Below, in pieces: positions 49,047-59,004 of a DNA stretch of 64,000 bases. The stretch comes from an uncultured Gemmatimonadales bacterium (GTDB lineage Bacteria > Gemmatimonadota > Gemmatimonadetes > Gemmatimonadales > GWC2-71-9): positions 320,001-384,000 of the forward strand of contig CAVSLV010000001.1 of NCBI GenBank assembly GCA_963728915.1, read 5' to 3'. Below the pieces are notes generated by a model, which was not told the DNA's origin, did no database searches, and worked only from the letters and a program-made list of their open reading frames with translations. Position 1 is the first letter of the stretch; every line of letters starts with the position of its first letter. The translations under genes and the position numbers were made by a program.

Positions 49047-50065
49047 GCGGGACTCGTTACCGGGACTCCGGGGTGGATCTGGCCCGCGCCGATTCCGCCA
49101 AGGAGCGCATCGCGAGCCTGGTGGCCCGGGCGCGCACCGCCAATGCGCTCGGGAAGATCGGCGGATTCGGCGGAATGGTTCGGGTGCCCGAGGGAATGAC
49201 CCGGCCGGTCCTGGTGATGAGCACCGACGGGGTGGGAACCAAGGTCCTGGTGGCCCGGGCGGCCGAACGCTATACCACGGTGGGCGAAGACCTGGTCAAC
49301 CACTCGGTCAACGATATCCTGGTCCACGGCGCCAGGCCGCTCGCGTTTCTCGACTACCTGGCCGGCGCCGAGCTGCCCGAAGCGCGGATCGAGGCGATCG
49401 TCGAGGGCGTAACCCGGGGATGCGAGCGGCATCAGATGGACCTGGCCGGGGGCGAAACCGCCGAAATGCCCGGGCTCTACCGCTCCGGCGAATTCGATCT
49501 GGCCGGCACCATCGTCGGGGTGGTCGAGGAAGGGAAGGCGATCCACGGGACCGGCATCCAGCCCGGTCACCTGCTGGTCGGGTACGAGTCGACCGGCCTC
49601 CACACCAACGGATACAGCCTGGCCCGCCGGATCGTGTTCGACGAGCAACGCTTGCGGATCGACGATCGGCTCGGCGACACCGGTCAGTCGGTGGCCGACG
49701 CGTTGCTGGCGGTGCACCGCAGCTACTACGACGCGGTCGCCCCGGTGCTCGACCGGATCGCCGGAATGGCCCACATCACCGGCGGCGGGATCAGAGGCAA
49801 CCTGGTGCGGACTCTGCCCGAAGGCATCGAGGCATCGATCGATCCGGCGAGCTGGAGCCTTCCCCCTCTCTTTCGCTACTTGCAGGAAGCCGGTGGGATT
49901 CCAATGGACGAAATGCGCGAGGTATTCAATCTCGGAGTCGGCTTCATTGCGGTCACCCCGGCCGATGCGGTGGAGACGGTGCGGCAGGCCGCGCAGCGGG
50001 CGGAGGTGCCCACCTGGGTGATCGGCGCCACGCGAAAGGGGATCCGCGGAGTTCGCTTCGAGTGA
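49043..50065 (+). CDS. purM: Phosphoribosylformylglycinamidine cyclo-ligase
   Basis: YRDSGVD, TDGVGTK, GGETAEMPG, GLHTNGYSL, AHITGGG, VFNLGVG. Confidence 0.97.
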   Translation: MSGTRYRDSGVDLARADSAKERIASLVARARTANALGKIGGFGGMVRVPEGMTRPVLVMSTDGVGTKVLVARAAERYTTVGEDLVNHSVNDILVHGARPLAFLDYLAGAELPEARIEAIVEGVTRGCERHQMDLAGGETAEMPGLYRSGEFDLAGTIVGVVEEGKAIHGTGIQPGHLLVGYESTGLHTNGYSLARRIVFDEQRLRIDDRLGDTGQSVADALLAVHRSYYDAVAPVLDRIAGMAHITGGGIRGNLVRTLPEGIEASIDPASWSLPPLFRYLQEAGGIPMDEMREVFNLGVGFIAVTPADAVETVRQAAQRAEVPTWVIGATRKGIRGVRFE

Positions 50066-50481
50066 CCCGGCTCCGTCCGGAAAGCCGGGCCCGGGCCCGG
50101 GCCCTTCAGCTTCTCTACGCATGGGAATCCGACGCGCGTCCGGCGCCGGACCAGGTGCTGGCGCGACTCGAGGTGGTGCTCGGCACGGAGCCGAGCGTCC
50201 GCCGGATGGCGACGGACCTGTTCCGGGGCGTCGTGGCCCAGGCCGGGAGGCTCGACGCCGAGATTGGGCCCGCCGCCGCGCACTGGCGGCTCGACCGGCT
50301 CGCGCTGGTCGATCGCAATATTCTGCGGATCGCCGTGTTCGAGCTGTTGCATCAGCGGGTGCCGCCCCGCGTCGCGATCGACGAAGCCCTTTGGCTCTCT
50401 CACCGCTTCGGCGGATCCCAGACTCCCGCGTTCGTCAACGGCGTGCTCGACCAGGTGGCCCGGAGCATGGGACAACTGTGA
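50062..50481 (+). CDS. nusB: Transcription antitermination factor NusB
   Basis: SRARARALQLLY, WRLDRLALVDRNILR, FVNGVLD; GTG 50062. Confidence 0.94.
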   Translation: MTRLRPESRARARALQLLYAWESDARPAPDQVLARLEVVLGTEPSVRRMATDLFRGVVAQAGRLDAEIGPAAAHWRLDRLALVDRNILRIAVFELLHQRVPPRVAIDEALWLSHRFGGSQTPAFVNGVLDQVARSMGQL

Positions 50482-51602
50482 GAATCCTTCTGGTGAACTG
50501 GCAGGACCTGGAGAATCCCAACGCCGGCGGCGCCGAGCTGCACGTATTCGAACTGTTCTCCCGGCTGGTCCGGCGAGGCCACACGGTGCACCTGGTGTGC
50601 TCCGGCTGGAAGGGCGCCAGCACCCGGACCGTCATCCAGGGGATCACGATCGAGCGGCACGGACAGCGGTACAGCTTTGCCCGTTTCGCCCGCGCCGCGG
50701 TGCGGCACGTCCTCGCCAACCACCCGTGGGACATCGTCGTCGAGGACATCAACAAGCTGCCGCTCTTCCTGGCCGATATGACCCGGCTTCCCTTTTGCGT
50801 GATCGTGCCGCACCTGTTCGGGGAAACCGCGTTCCGGGAAGTCTCCTGGCCGATGGCGGTGCTGGTGAATCTCGCCGAGCGTCCCATTGCCCGGGTCTAC
50901 CGGCGGGCGGGGTTTCACGCCATCAGCGAAAGCACCCGGGACGACCTGGTGGCGCGCGGAGTACCGGCCCGGCAGATCCGGGTGATTCATCCGGGACTCG
51001 ATGCGAGCCATTATGCTCCTCGTCCCGGGGTTGACCGGACCCGGGAGCCGACCTTCTTATATGTCGGGCGGCTCCGTCGGTACAAGGGAATCGAGGTGGC
51101 GTTGCGGGCGCTGGCCATCGCGCGACGGGAACGAAACGACCTGACGCTGGACATCGCCGGCACCGGCGACGACGCCGAGCGGCTCCGGCGGCTGGCCGGA
51201 TCTCAGGGCATCGCGGGGGCGGTTCGCTTCCACGGCTTCGTCGACGAAGCGGCCAAGCTCGATCTGTTCCGAAGGAGCTGGGCCAACCTGTTCCCTTCGC
51301 CCAAGGAAGGATGGGGGCTCACCGTGATGGAAGCGGCGGGGTGTGGCACTCCGTCTCTCGCGTCCGACAGCCCGGGACTCCGCGATTCGGTGCAGCACGG
51401 ACGGACCGGCTTTCTGGTCCCGCACGGAGATCCCGAGGCGCTCGCCGCGAGGATGCTCGAGCTGGCCGGAACGCCGGGCCTGGTCGAGGAGCTCGGACGG
51501 AACGCCCGGCAATCGGCCCTGGCCTGGAGCTGGGAGGATGCCGCCCTGGCGACCGAAGATCACCTGACCGGCCTCGTGGCGGGCCGGCGTGAGGAGGGAT
51601 GA
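50478..51602 (+). CDS. Glycosyltransferase family 4
   Basis: RILLVNWQD..GGAE, YVGRLRRYKG, EGWGLTVMEA (EX7E); GTG 50478. Confidence 0.92.
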   Translation: MRILLVNWQDLENPNAGGAELHVFELFSRLVRRGHTVHLVCSGWKGASTRTVIQGITIERHGQRYSFARFARAAVRHVLANHPWDIVVEDINKLPLFLADMTRLPFCVIVPHLFGETAFREVSWPMAVLVNLAERPIARVYRRAGFHAISESTRDDLVARGVPARQIRVIHPGLDASHYAPRPGVDRTREPTFLYVGRLRRYKGIEVALRALAIARRERNDLTLDIAGTGDDAERLRRLAGSQGIAGAVRFHGFVDEAAKLDLFRRSWANLFPSPKEGWGLTVMEAAGCGTPSLASDSPGLRDSVQHGRTGFLVPHGDPEALAARMLELAGTPGLVEELGRNARQSALAWSWEDAALATEDHLTGLVAGRREEG

Positions 51603-51928
51603 TGGAGACGACGATCACCGCACGACACTGCGAGGTGAGCGAGGCGTTGCGGAGCCGGGCCCGCGCGGTCGCGGCGCGGCTCGACAAGATGTCGCCCCAC
51701 ACGCTCGACGCGACCTTCATCTTCGACGTGAGTCCGACCTATCACACCGTGGAGCTCCGGCTCCACGCCCGGGGCCGCAAGATGCTCAAGGGCATCGCCC
51801 GGGGCCCCGATCATCGCACCGCCCTGGACCGGGTCGAGGACAAGCTGCGTCCCCAGCTCGAGAAGGCCTCGGCGCTCCTGGAGCGGCAGCGCCACAAGGC
51901 GACCCGCCCGGCCCGGCGCATGGTATGA
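51599..51928 (+). CDS. hpf: Ribosome hibernation factor, HPF/RaiA family (short form)
   Basis: TITARHCEVSEALR, ALDRVEDKL; directly before hprK; GAGGAGG RBS. Confidence 0.8.
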   Translation: MMETTITARHCEVSEALRSRARAVAARLDKMSPHTLDATFIFDVSPTYHTVELRLHARGRKMLKGIARGPDHRTALDRVEDKLRPQLEKASALLERQRHKATRPARRMV

Positions 51929-52890
51929 GTCTCCGTCCCCGCGACCTGCTCTCCCGCCGGGGCGACCCGCTCCAGCTCGAGTCCCTGAGCGGGGAGCAGG
52001 GCCTCGACCGGCCGCTGCCCCAGCAGGACGTGGGGAGCCCCGGGCTGGTCCTCGCGGGTTATGCCGACCGCTTCGTTCCCAAGCGGGTCCACGTGCTGGG
52101 CGAAACCGAGATCGGCTACCTGATGTCGCTCGGGGAAGAGCAGCTCAAGCGGTCGCTGGACCACTTCCTCTCCTTCGAGCCGCCCTGCCTGTTCGTCACC
52201 AAGGGACAGGAGGTTCCCCCGCTCCTGCTCAGCCTGGCCCGGGAAAAGGGGATTCCGATCCTGCGGAGCCAGCTCAAGACCGGCGAGTTCTACCGCCGCC
52301 TCAAGCCGATCCTGGAAGAATCGTTCGCTCCCCGGACCACCCTGCACGGCTCCCTGGCCGACGTGTACGGGGTCGGGCTTCTCTTCACCGGACGCTCCGG
52401 GATCGGCAAGAGCGAATGCGTGCTCGACCTGGTGGAACGAGGGCACCGCCTGGTCGCCGACGATATCGTCATGGTGACGAAGAAGGGGAACGATATCCTG
52501 ATCGGGCAGGGCCACGAGCTGGCCGCCCACCACATGGAGATCCGGGGCATCGGGCTGATCGACGTGAAGGCGCTGTTCGGGATTCGGGCGGTGCGGGCCC
52601 AGAAGCGGATCGAGGTGGTGGTGCAGCTGGAAGACTGGGAAAAAGCCCGTGACGCCGACCGGACCGGGCTGGCCCGCCAGGATGCCACCATCCTCGAGGT
52701 CAAGATTCCCAAGGTGGTGGTCGGGCTCAACCCCGGCAAGAACCTCACGGTGATCTCCGAAGTCGTGGCGATGGCGCATCTCCAGCGGATGACCGGCGTC
52801 GACGTCGCCACCGCGTTCAACGACCGGCTGATCAAGCGGATGATGGAGCAGCGCGGGCTGCGCGAATATCTCCAGGAAGACTACGAATGA
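51925..52890 (+). CDS. hprK: HPr(Ser) kinase/phosphorylase
   Basis: Walker A GRSGIGKSE, GHRLVADD, MEIRGIGLID; ATG 51925. Confidence 0.96.
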   Translation: MSLRPRDLLSRRGDPLQLESLSGEQGLDRPLPQQDVGSPGLVLAGYADRFVPKRVHVLGETEIGYLMSLGEEQLKRSLDHFLSFEPPCLFVTKGQEVPPLLLSLAREKGIPILRSQLKTGEFYRRLKPILEESFAPRTTLHGSLADVYGVGLLFTGRSGIGKSECVLDLVERGHRLVADDIVMVTKKGNDILIGQGHELAAHHMEIRGIGLIDVKALFGIRAVRAQKRIEVVVQLEDWEKARDADRTGLARQDATILEVKIPKVVVGLNPGKNLTVISEVVAMAHLQRMTGVDVATAFNDRLIKRMMEQRGLREYLQEDYE

Positions 52891-53258
52891 GCCCCCTGCA
52901 CGGCGTGGTGGTCGCGCACGGCGCGCTGGGGGGCGCCCTAGTATCCGCGGCCGAGGAGATCAGCGGGATCCAGGGCGCCCTGGTGGCGGTCTCCAATACC
53001 GGCTGCAATCGCGATCAGCTCGAACAGCGAGTCACCGAAGCCATCGGCCAGGGTCCCGCGATCGTGTTCGTGGATCTGCCGAGCGGGAGCTGCCTGTTCG
53101 CCGCGATGCGGCGGTTCGGCGAGCGCGCCGACGTCCGGGTGGTGACCGGGGTGAACCTCGGCATGCTGCTCGAGTTTCTCTTCCATCGGGACGAATCGCT
53201 CGACGCGGTCGCCCACCGGGCCGCGGAGACCGGCGCCAAGGGCATCGTCGAGCGCTGA
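52887..53258 (+). CDS. PTS mannose-family EIIA
   Basis: VVVAHG phospho-His, VDLPSGS, VTGVNLGMLL. Confidence 0.9.
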   Translation: MSPLHGVVVAHGALGGALVSAAEEISGIQGALVAVSNTGCNRDQLEQRVTEAIGQGPAIVFVDLPSGSCLFAAMRRFGERADVRVVTGVNLGMLLEFLFHRDESLDAVAHRAAETGAKGIVER

Positions 53259-53734
53259 TGAGCATCCTGCTCGCCCGGGTGGATGACCGCCTGATTCACG
53301 GGCAGGTGGTGATCGGCTGGGGCCGCCCGCTCGCCCTCGACCGGATCGTGCTGGTGGATGAGATCGTGCGCGGCAGCCCCTGGGAACAGGAGCTCTACCG
53401 GATGGCGGCACCGGAAGAGATCGCCCTGGAGTTTCTTTCGCCCGCCGAGGCGGCGCCCCGGCTCGCGTCCTGGAGCGGCAACCGGGAGCGGGTGATGGTG
53501 CTGGTGGGCTCGATCGATACCGCGGCGGATCTGCTGCGGCTTGCCCCGGGCGGAATCCGGAAGCTCAATCTGGGCGGGATCCATGCCGGCGCGGGCCGGC
53601 GGGAGCGACTCAGCTATCTCCACCTTTCCCCCTCGGAAGTCGAGACCCTGGTCAACCTGGAACGCGGCGGCCTCGAGGTGAGCGCCCAGGACGTGCCGGG
53701 GTCCCGTCCCATTCCGTTGCGAGACCTGGTGTGA
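53258..53734 (+). CDS. PTS mannose-family EIIB
   Basis: ARVDDRLIHGQV, LNLGG, QDVP. Confidence 0.93.
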   Translation: MSILLARVDDRLIHGQVVIGWGRPLALDRIVLVDEIVRGSPWEQELYRMAAPEEIALEFLSPAEAAPRLASWSGNRERVMVLVGSIDTAADLLRLAPGGIRKLNLGGIHAGAGRRERLSYLHLSPSEVETLVNLERGGLEVSAQDVPGSRPIPLRDLV

Positions 53735-54402
53735 TCGAGCTTCCCCTCCTGGCCCTCCTCGTCTGGGGCACCGTCGCGGGGCTCGACCTCGCGAGCGTGC
53801 TCCAGGGTCTGCTCAACCGACCCCTGGTGGCGGGCGGGGTGGCCGGCGCCATCCTGGGTGATCCCATTTCGGGACTGGGCATCGGCGGGTGCCTCGAGCT
53901 GTTCGCGCTCGACGTGCTGCCGGTCGGCTCATCGCGCTATCCGGATTACGGGGCCGCCGCGGTGGCCGGCGTCGCGTTCGGAGCGTACCAGCCCCTGGCG
54001 CAGTCGCTCGGGATCGCGGTGCTGCTCGGTCTGCTGCTGGGCCAGCTCGGCGGGGTCGCCGTCGTCCTGCACCGGCGGGTCAACGCCCGGGCGCTCCGCC
54101 GGTTCGCCGAGCGACTCGACCGGGGTGATCCGGGAATCGCGACCCGGCTGCACCTGATCGGAATCGGCAGCGACCTGGTACGAAGCGGGTTTCTGGCCGC
54201 GGTCGGTCTCCTCGCCGCGCGCGCGCTGCTCCGGCTGCCGCACCTGGATCTGGAAACCAGCCAGGCGCTCAGCACGGTGGTCGTGGCCGGCGGCGTGCTG
54301 GCCATCGTGGGGGGCGCGCTTCGGAGGGCGGGAACCCCCCGGCGCATGCTGTGGTTCGGGGGCGGTCTCGCGGCCGGCCTCCTGAGTCTGGTGCTGCGAT
54401 GA
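53731..54402 (+). CDS. PTS mannose-family EIIC
   Basis: RPLVAG...LGD...G..LEL...LPVGSSRYPD; multi-TM. Confidence 0.88.
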   Translation: MIELPLLALLVWGTVAGLDLASVLQGLLNRPLVAGGVAGAILGDPISGLGIGGCLELFALDVLPVGSSRYPDYGAAAVAGVAFGAYQPLAQSLGIAVLLGLLLGQLGGVAVVLHRRVNARALRRFAERLDRGDPGIATRLHLIGIGSDLVRSGFLAAVGLLAARALLRLPHLDLETSQALSTVVVAGGVLAIVGGALRRAGTPRRMLWFGGGLAAGLLSLVLR

Positions 54403-55133
54403 CCGGGCGCTGGCTGCGATCGCTCCTCCGCCTGCTGTCGCTGCAGGCTTCGTTCACCTTCGAGCGGCTTCAGGGGGTCGGGGTGGCGGTGGCGGAGGAG
54501 CCGCTGCTCGAGCCGCTGCGCGACGATGACGCGCGGGCCCGCGCCGCCCGGGGCCGGTCGGCCCAGTACTTCAACGCCCACCCCTTCATGGCCGGCATCG
54601 CGGTCGGCGCGCTGGCCAGAGCCGAGCTCGACGGCGAGCCGGGCGAGCGGATCCTGCGGCTCCGCACCGCGCTGTCGGGGCCGCTGGGCGCGCTGGGCGA
54701 TCAGCTGTTCTGGGCCGGGATCGTGCCGTCCATCATGGGGGTCATGCTGATCGCCAGCGGGTTAGGCCACGGACTCCAGGCCCTGCTCGGCATGGTGGTC
54801 GGCTACAACGTGTGCCGGCTGCTGGTCACCGGCTGGGGACTCCGGCTCGGCCTGGCCCACGGGACCGGGGTGGCGGGAGAAATCAGCCACTCCCGCCTCC
54901 GCGAGATGGCGACCGTCGCCGGCACCCTCGCGGCGGTGATCATCGGCGCGGCGATTCCCTGGGTGGCGCAGTGGCTGCTCGCGGGAGCGGCCCGGGCCCG
55001 CCTGCTGGGGTTCTTCCTGGTGGGCCTCGCCATCGCGGTGGGCGTGGCGACCCGGAGCCGGCCGGTGCCCGCCCCCCTCGTCACGGTGGCCGCGGCGGCG
55101 GTCGTGCTTCTCTGGCGGTGGAGCTTCGGATGA
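54399..55133 (+). CDS. PTS mannose-family EIID
   Basis: LQASFTFERLQGVG, YFNAHP, GPLGALGDQLFW; ATG 54399. Confidence 0.9.
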   Translation: MTGRWLRSLLRLLSLQASFTFERLQGVGVAVAEEPLLEPLRDDDARARAARGRSAQYFNAHPFMAGIAVGALARAELDGEPGERILRLRTALSGPLGALGDQLFWAGIVPSIMGVMLIASGLGHGLQALLGMVVGYNVCRLLVTGWGLRLGLAHGTGVAGEISHSRLREMATVAGTLAAVIIGAAIPWVAQWLLAGAARARLLGFFLVGLAIAVGVATRSRPVPAPLVTVAAAAVVLLWRWSFG

Positions 55134-55396
55134 TCGAACAGAACTCGACGATCGTGAATCCGCTGGGGCTGCACGCCCGGCCGGCCGCCCAGTTCGTGAA
55201 GCTCGCCAACACCTTCCAGAGCGAGGTCGAGGTGGTGAAGGACGGCGTGCCGGTCAACGGGAAGAGCATCATGGGCGTCATGATCCTGGCGGCGGAATGC
55301 GGCGCCACCATCGTGATCCGGGCGAACGGGGCCGACGAAGCCGCCGCGGTCGCGGCCCTGGCCGCGCTGGTCGCCTCGGGGTTCGGCGAGTCGTGA
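55130..55396 (+). CDS. ptsH: Phosphocarrier protein HPr
   Basis: GLHARPAA (His15) and NGKSIMGV (Ser46); ATG 55130. Confidence 0.95.
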   Translation: MIEQNSTIVNPLGLHARPAAQFVKLANTFQSEVEVVKDGVPVNGKSIMGVMILAAECGATIVIRANGADEAAAVAALAALVASGFGES

Positions 55397-57207
55397 CCGA
55401 CGATCGGGTGCTGCGAGGCATCGGGGTCTCCCCCGGGATCGCCTACGCGCCGGCGGTGGTGCTGCGCTGGAAGTTTCCCGACGTGCCCGACCGGACCGTC
55501 GCCGACACCGAGGTGGAGGCCGAGGTGGAGCGGCTCCGGGAGGCGGTGGCCGCGGTGGTCCAGAGCCTCAACCGGCTGCGGGAGCGGGTGCTCGAGCGGG
55601 CGGGTTATGAAGAGAGCCAGATCTTCGAGGCCCAGATCCTCATGGTGCAGGACCCCGACTTCCTCGGCGGGGTCGAGCACCTGATCCGGAACAACAGCCT
55701 GAGCGCCGAGACCGCCTACGAGTTCAAGGCCCTGGAGATGCGGGCCGCGTTCGGCAGCGCGGGGCCACGGATGCGGGAGCGGCTCGCCGATCTGCTCGCC
55801 ATCCAGATCCGGCTGCTCCGCTATCTCCTGGGCGAGCCCGACGAGGAGATCTTCGGGCTCAAGGACCACCGCCACGTGATCGTGGTGGCCCACGAGCTGT
55901 ACCCCGGCCTCACGGTGCAGCTCGACCGCGACCAGCTCCTGGGCCTCCTCTCCGAAGAGGGAACCCGGACGTCCCACGCCGCCATCCTGGCCCATTCGCT
56001 CGGCATCCCCTGCGTCATGGGGGCCACCGGAGCGATCGAGCGGATCGAGTCCGGCACGATGGTGCTGCTCGATGGCACCAGCGGCCGGGTCCTGATCGAA
56101 CCGACCGTCGCCGAGCTGGAGAGCGCCCAGATCACGGCGGCCCGGCGCCACAAGCTCGAGATGGAGCTCGAAGCCAAGACCCTCGAGCCCGCCACCACGC
56201 CGGATGGGACCACCCTGACTCTGATGGGCAACGTCGATCTGCCCGATGAGATCGACATGGCGGTGCGCCATGGCGCGCTCGGCGTCGGGCTCCTGCGCAC
56301 CGAGTTCCTGATCGCGGGCCGGGCCCACCTTCCCACCGAGGAAGAGCAATACCAGTATTTCCGCCGGGTCGGCGCGGCATTCGGGAATCATCCGGTCATC
56401 GTGCGGACCTACGACCTCGGGGGAGACAAGTTCCCCGCCGCGTTCGCCGCGCCGGCCGAGGCGAATCCCTTCCTGGGCTGGCGCTCCATCCGGGTCTGCC
56501 TCGATCAGCCCGAGATCTTCCGCCCCCAGCTTCGCGCCCTGTTGCGGGTCGCGGCCGACTACCCGGTGCAGATCATGCTGCCCCTGATCACCCGGGTGGG
56601 CGAAGTGGTTCGGGCCCGCGAGATGCTGGCGGAGGAGGCCGATGATCTGACCCGGGCCGGCATTCGAGCCGCGTCGACGGTGCCGGTCGGGGTGATGATC
56701 GAGACCCCCGCCGCGGTGGTCATGGCCGACCGGCTGGCCATGGTGAGCGCGTTCTTCAGCATCGGAACCAACGACCTCACCCAGTACGCCCTGGCGGTCG
56801 ACCGGGGCAACGCCCATCTGGCTTCCCGCTTCACGCCGCACGATCCCTCGGTCATCCGGATGCTGCGCGATGTGCTCGCGGCCGGCATGAGCCACGGCAT
56901 CCCGGTCAGCGTATGCGGCGAGATGGCCTCCGAGCCCCAGTTCGCGATGCTGCTGCTCGGTCTCGGATTCAAGGTGCTCTCGGTGGCGCCACCCGCGCTT
57001 CCCCTCATCAAGTGGCTGGTGCGCTCGGTGCCGGCCAAGGTGGCCCGGGAAGCCGCCGAAGCGACGCTGCACGCCGACACTCCGGAGGAAGTGAGCGAAA
57101 TCCTCCGCTCCACCCTGGGCCGCTTCATCGACCTTCGCCTCATCGATCCCGACAGCGCGCTGCCCGGAAGAAGCAGCGGGAGCTTCGGTCGGTCAGGGGG
57201 TCGGTGA
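55393..57207 (+). CDS. ptsI: PTS enzyme I (PEP-protein phosphotransferase)
   Basis: [49 protein letters not shown]; no GAF domain; GTG 55393. Confidence 0.95.
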   Translation: MTDDRVLRGIGVSPGIAYAPAVVLRWKFPDVPDRTVADTEVEAEVERLREAVAAVVQSLNRLRERVLERAGYEESQIFEAQILMVQDPDFLGGVEHLIRNNSLSAETAYEFKALEMRAAFGSAGPRMRERLADLLAIQIRLLRYLLGEPDEEIFGLKDHRHVIVVAHELYPGLTVQLDRDQLLGLLSEEGTRTSHAAILAHSLGIPCVMGATGAIERIESGTMVLLDGTSGRVLIEPTVAELESAQITAARRHKLEMELEAKTLEPATTPDGTTLTLMGNVDLPDEIDMAVRHGALGVGLLRTEFLIAGRAHLPTEEEQYQYFRRVGAAFGNHPVIVRTYDLGGDKFPAAFAAPAEANPFLGWRSIRVCLDQPEIFRPQLRALLRVAADYPVQIMLPLITRVGEVVRAREMLAEEADDLTRAGIRAASTVPVGVMIETPAAVVMADRLAMVSAFFSIGTNDLTQYALAVDRGNAHLASRFTPHDPSVIRMLRDVLAAGMSHGIPVSVCGEMASEPQFAMLLLGLGFKVLSVAPPALPLIKWLVRSVPAKVAREAAEATLHADTPEEVSEILRSTLGRFIDLRLIDPDSALPGRSSGSFGRSGGR

Positions 57208-57227
57208 GGTCGAAGGGTTACCTTACT

Positions 57228-57279
57228 CCTCACTGTCCTCACTGTCTTCACTGTCCTCTCTGACCCCACTGACCCCACC
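57228..57279. repeat. Degenerate 9-bp tandem repeat (CCTCACTGT-like, ~6 copies)
   Basis: cctcactgt cctcactgt cttcactgt cctctctga ccccactga ccccacc, directly before the metK ATG. Confidence 0.85.
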
Positions 57280-57280
57280 T

Positions 57281-58516
57281 ATGAGCCGTCGTCACGTCTT
57301 CACCTCCGAATCGGTCACCGAGGGCCATCCCGACAAGGTGGCCGATCAGATCTCCGACGCGGTTCTCGACGCCATTCTCTCCCGGGACCCCGGAGCGCGG
57401 GTCGCCTGCGAGACGATGGTGACCACCGGCATGGCGGTCGTCGCGGGGGAGATCACCACCTCGACCTACGTCCACATTCCCGACATCGTGCGGGAGACCG
57501 TCGAGGCGATCGGCTACACCGATGCGTCCTACGGCTTCGATGGGCGGACCTGCGCGGTCCTGACCTCGATCGATCGCCAGTCACCCGACATTGCCATGGG
57601 AGTGGACGGCAAGCGAGACGCCCAGGGGGCCGGAGACCAGGGGATGATGTTCGGATACGCCACCCGGGAGAGTCGGGAGCGGATGCCGCTGCCCATCATC
57701 CTGGCCCACCGCCTCGCCGAGCGGCTCGCCGCGGTCCGCAAGGGGACCGCCGAGGTCGGGCCGATCGAATGGCTCCGTCCCGACGGCAAGACCCAGGTCT
57801 CGGTCGAATACGAGGGGGATCGCCCGGTGGCGGTGCGGACCGTGGTGGTCTCGACCCAGCACGCCGAACGCTGGGCCCGCCGGGTCCTGAGTCAGAACAC
57901 CATCCGGCAGACCATGATCGAGACCGTGATCCGCCCGGTGCTCGAGGATCACGGGTTCGGATCCCGCCGGGTCAAGGTGCTGGTCAATCCCACCGGCCGC
58001 TTCGTGATCGGGGGACCCCACGGGGACGCGGGGCTCACCGGCCGCAAGATCATCGTCGACACCTACGGCGGGATGGCGCGGCACGGCGGCGGCGCCTTCA
58101 GCGGCAAGGACCCGTCCAAAGTGGATCGCTCGGCGGCCTACGCGCTGCGTTGGGTCGCCAAGAACATCGTCGAAGCCAGACTGGCCCGGCGGTGCGAGGT
58201 CCAGGCCGCCTATGCGATCGGCGTCGCGGAGCCCGTCTCCATCATGGTGGACACCTTTGGAACCGGGGCCCTCCCGGATCGAGCGTTGGAGGAGATCGTC
58301 CGGGAGGTGTTCGATCTCACCCCGGGAGGGATCATCCGGAGCCTGCACCTCAAGCGGCCCCTCTACAAGGCGACCGCGGCCTACGGACACTTCGGCCGGC
58401 GTCCCAAGCGCACCACTCTGCTGGGCCGCAAGGTGACCTTGTTCCCCTGGGAGGAGACTTCGCGGGTTCGGGATCTCGAGAGCGCGGCGCGGGCCCGCCA
58501 GCGAGCCAGGCGATGA
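57281..58516 (+). CDS. metK: S-adenosylmethionine synthetase
   Basis: [55 protein letters not shown]. Confidence 0.98.
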   Translation: MSRRHVFTSESVTEGHPDKVADQISDAVLDAILSRDPGARVACETMVTTGMAVVAGEITTSTYVHIPDIVRETVEAIGYTDASYGFDGRTCAVLTSIDRQSPDIAMGVDGKRDAQGAGDQGMMFGYATRESRERMPLPIILAHRLAERLAAVRKGTAEVGPIEWLRPDGKTQVSVEYEGDRPVAVRTVVVSTQHAERWARRVLSQNTIRQTMIETVIRPVLEDHGFGSRRVKVLVNPTGRFVIGGPHGDAGLTGRKIIVDTYGGMARHGGGAFSGKDPSKVDRSAAYALRWVAKNIVEARLARRCEVQAAYAIGVAEPVSIMVDTFGTGALPDRALEEIVREVFDLTPGGIIRSLHLKRPLYKATAAYGHFGRRPKRTTLLGRKVTLFPWEETSRVRDLESAARARQRARR

Positions 58517-59004
58517 TTCGGATGCGGGTCGCTCAGCTCGGGCTCGACCGGGCCACCAACACACCGGTCGTGATCCTGCGCGAAGAAGAAGGTGAGCGGA
58601 CCCTCCATATATGGATCGGGGCGGCGGAAGCCAACGCCATTGCGCTGGAGCTCCAGGGCGTGAAGCCCGAGCGTCCCCTGACCCACGACCTCATGAAGCA
58701 CCTGCTGTCCGGGCTCGGAGCCGAGCTGCGGCGAGTCCTGATCGCGGGGCTCAAGGAAAACACCTATCTCGCCCAGCTGCTGATCTTCCGGGGCGGGGAA
58801 GTCCTCGAAGTGGATGCCCGCCCTTCCGACAGTATCGCGCTGGCGCTGCGAATGAACGCGCCGATCTATTCCGAAGAGGATCTGCTCGACCGCAACGGAG
58901 GCTCCGGCCCGCCCGCGCCCCCGGAGCCGGGCAATGATCCGGACGCGCTGAAGCGGTTTCTGGAAAACCTCGATCCGCAGGACCTCGGCAGATTCAATCC
59001 CTGA
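58513..59004 (+). CDS. Bifunctional nuclease family protein (DUF151)
   Basis: [35 protein letters not shown] 58513. Confidence 0.92.
   Translation: MIRMRVAQLGLDRATNTPVVILREEEGERTLHIWIGAAEANAIALELQGVKPERPLTHDLMKHLLSGLGAELRRVLIAGLKENTYLAQLLIFRGGEVLEVDARPSDSIALALRMNAPIYSEEDLLDRNGGSGPPAPPEPGNDPDALKRFLENLDPQDLGRFNP

Noticed and set aside
50478..51602. GT4 as the glycosylase of the Thr-rich giant protein
   Set aside because: It lies in a separate housekeeping operon on the other strand; nothing in the sequence links them.
57208..57280. SAM riboswitch upstream of metK
   Set aside because: No SAM-I, SAM-II or SMK consensus recognisable; the region is a 9-bp repeat.
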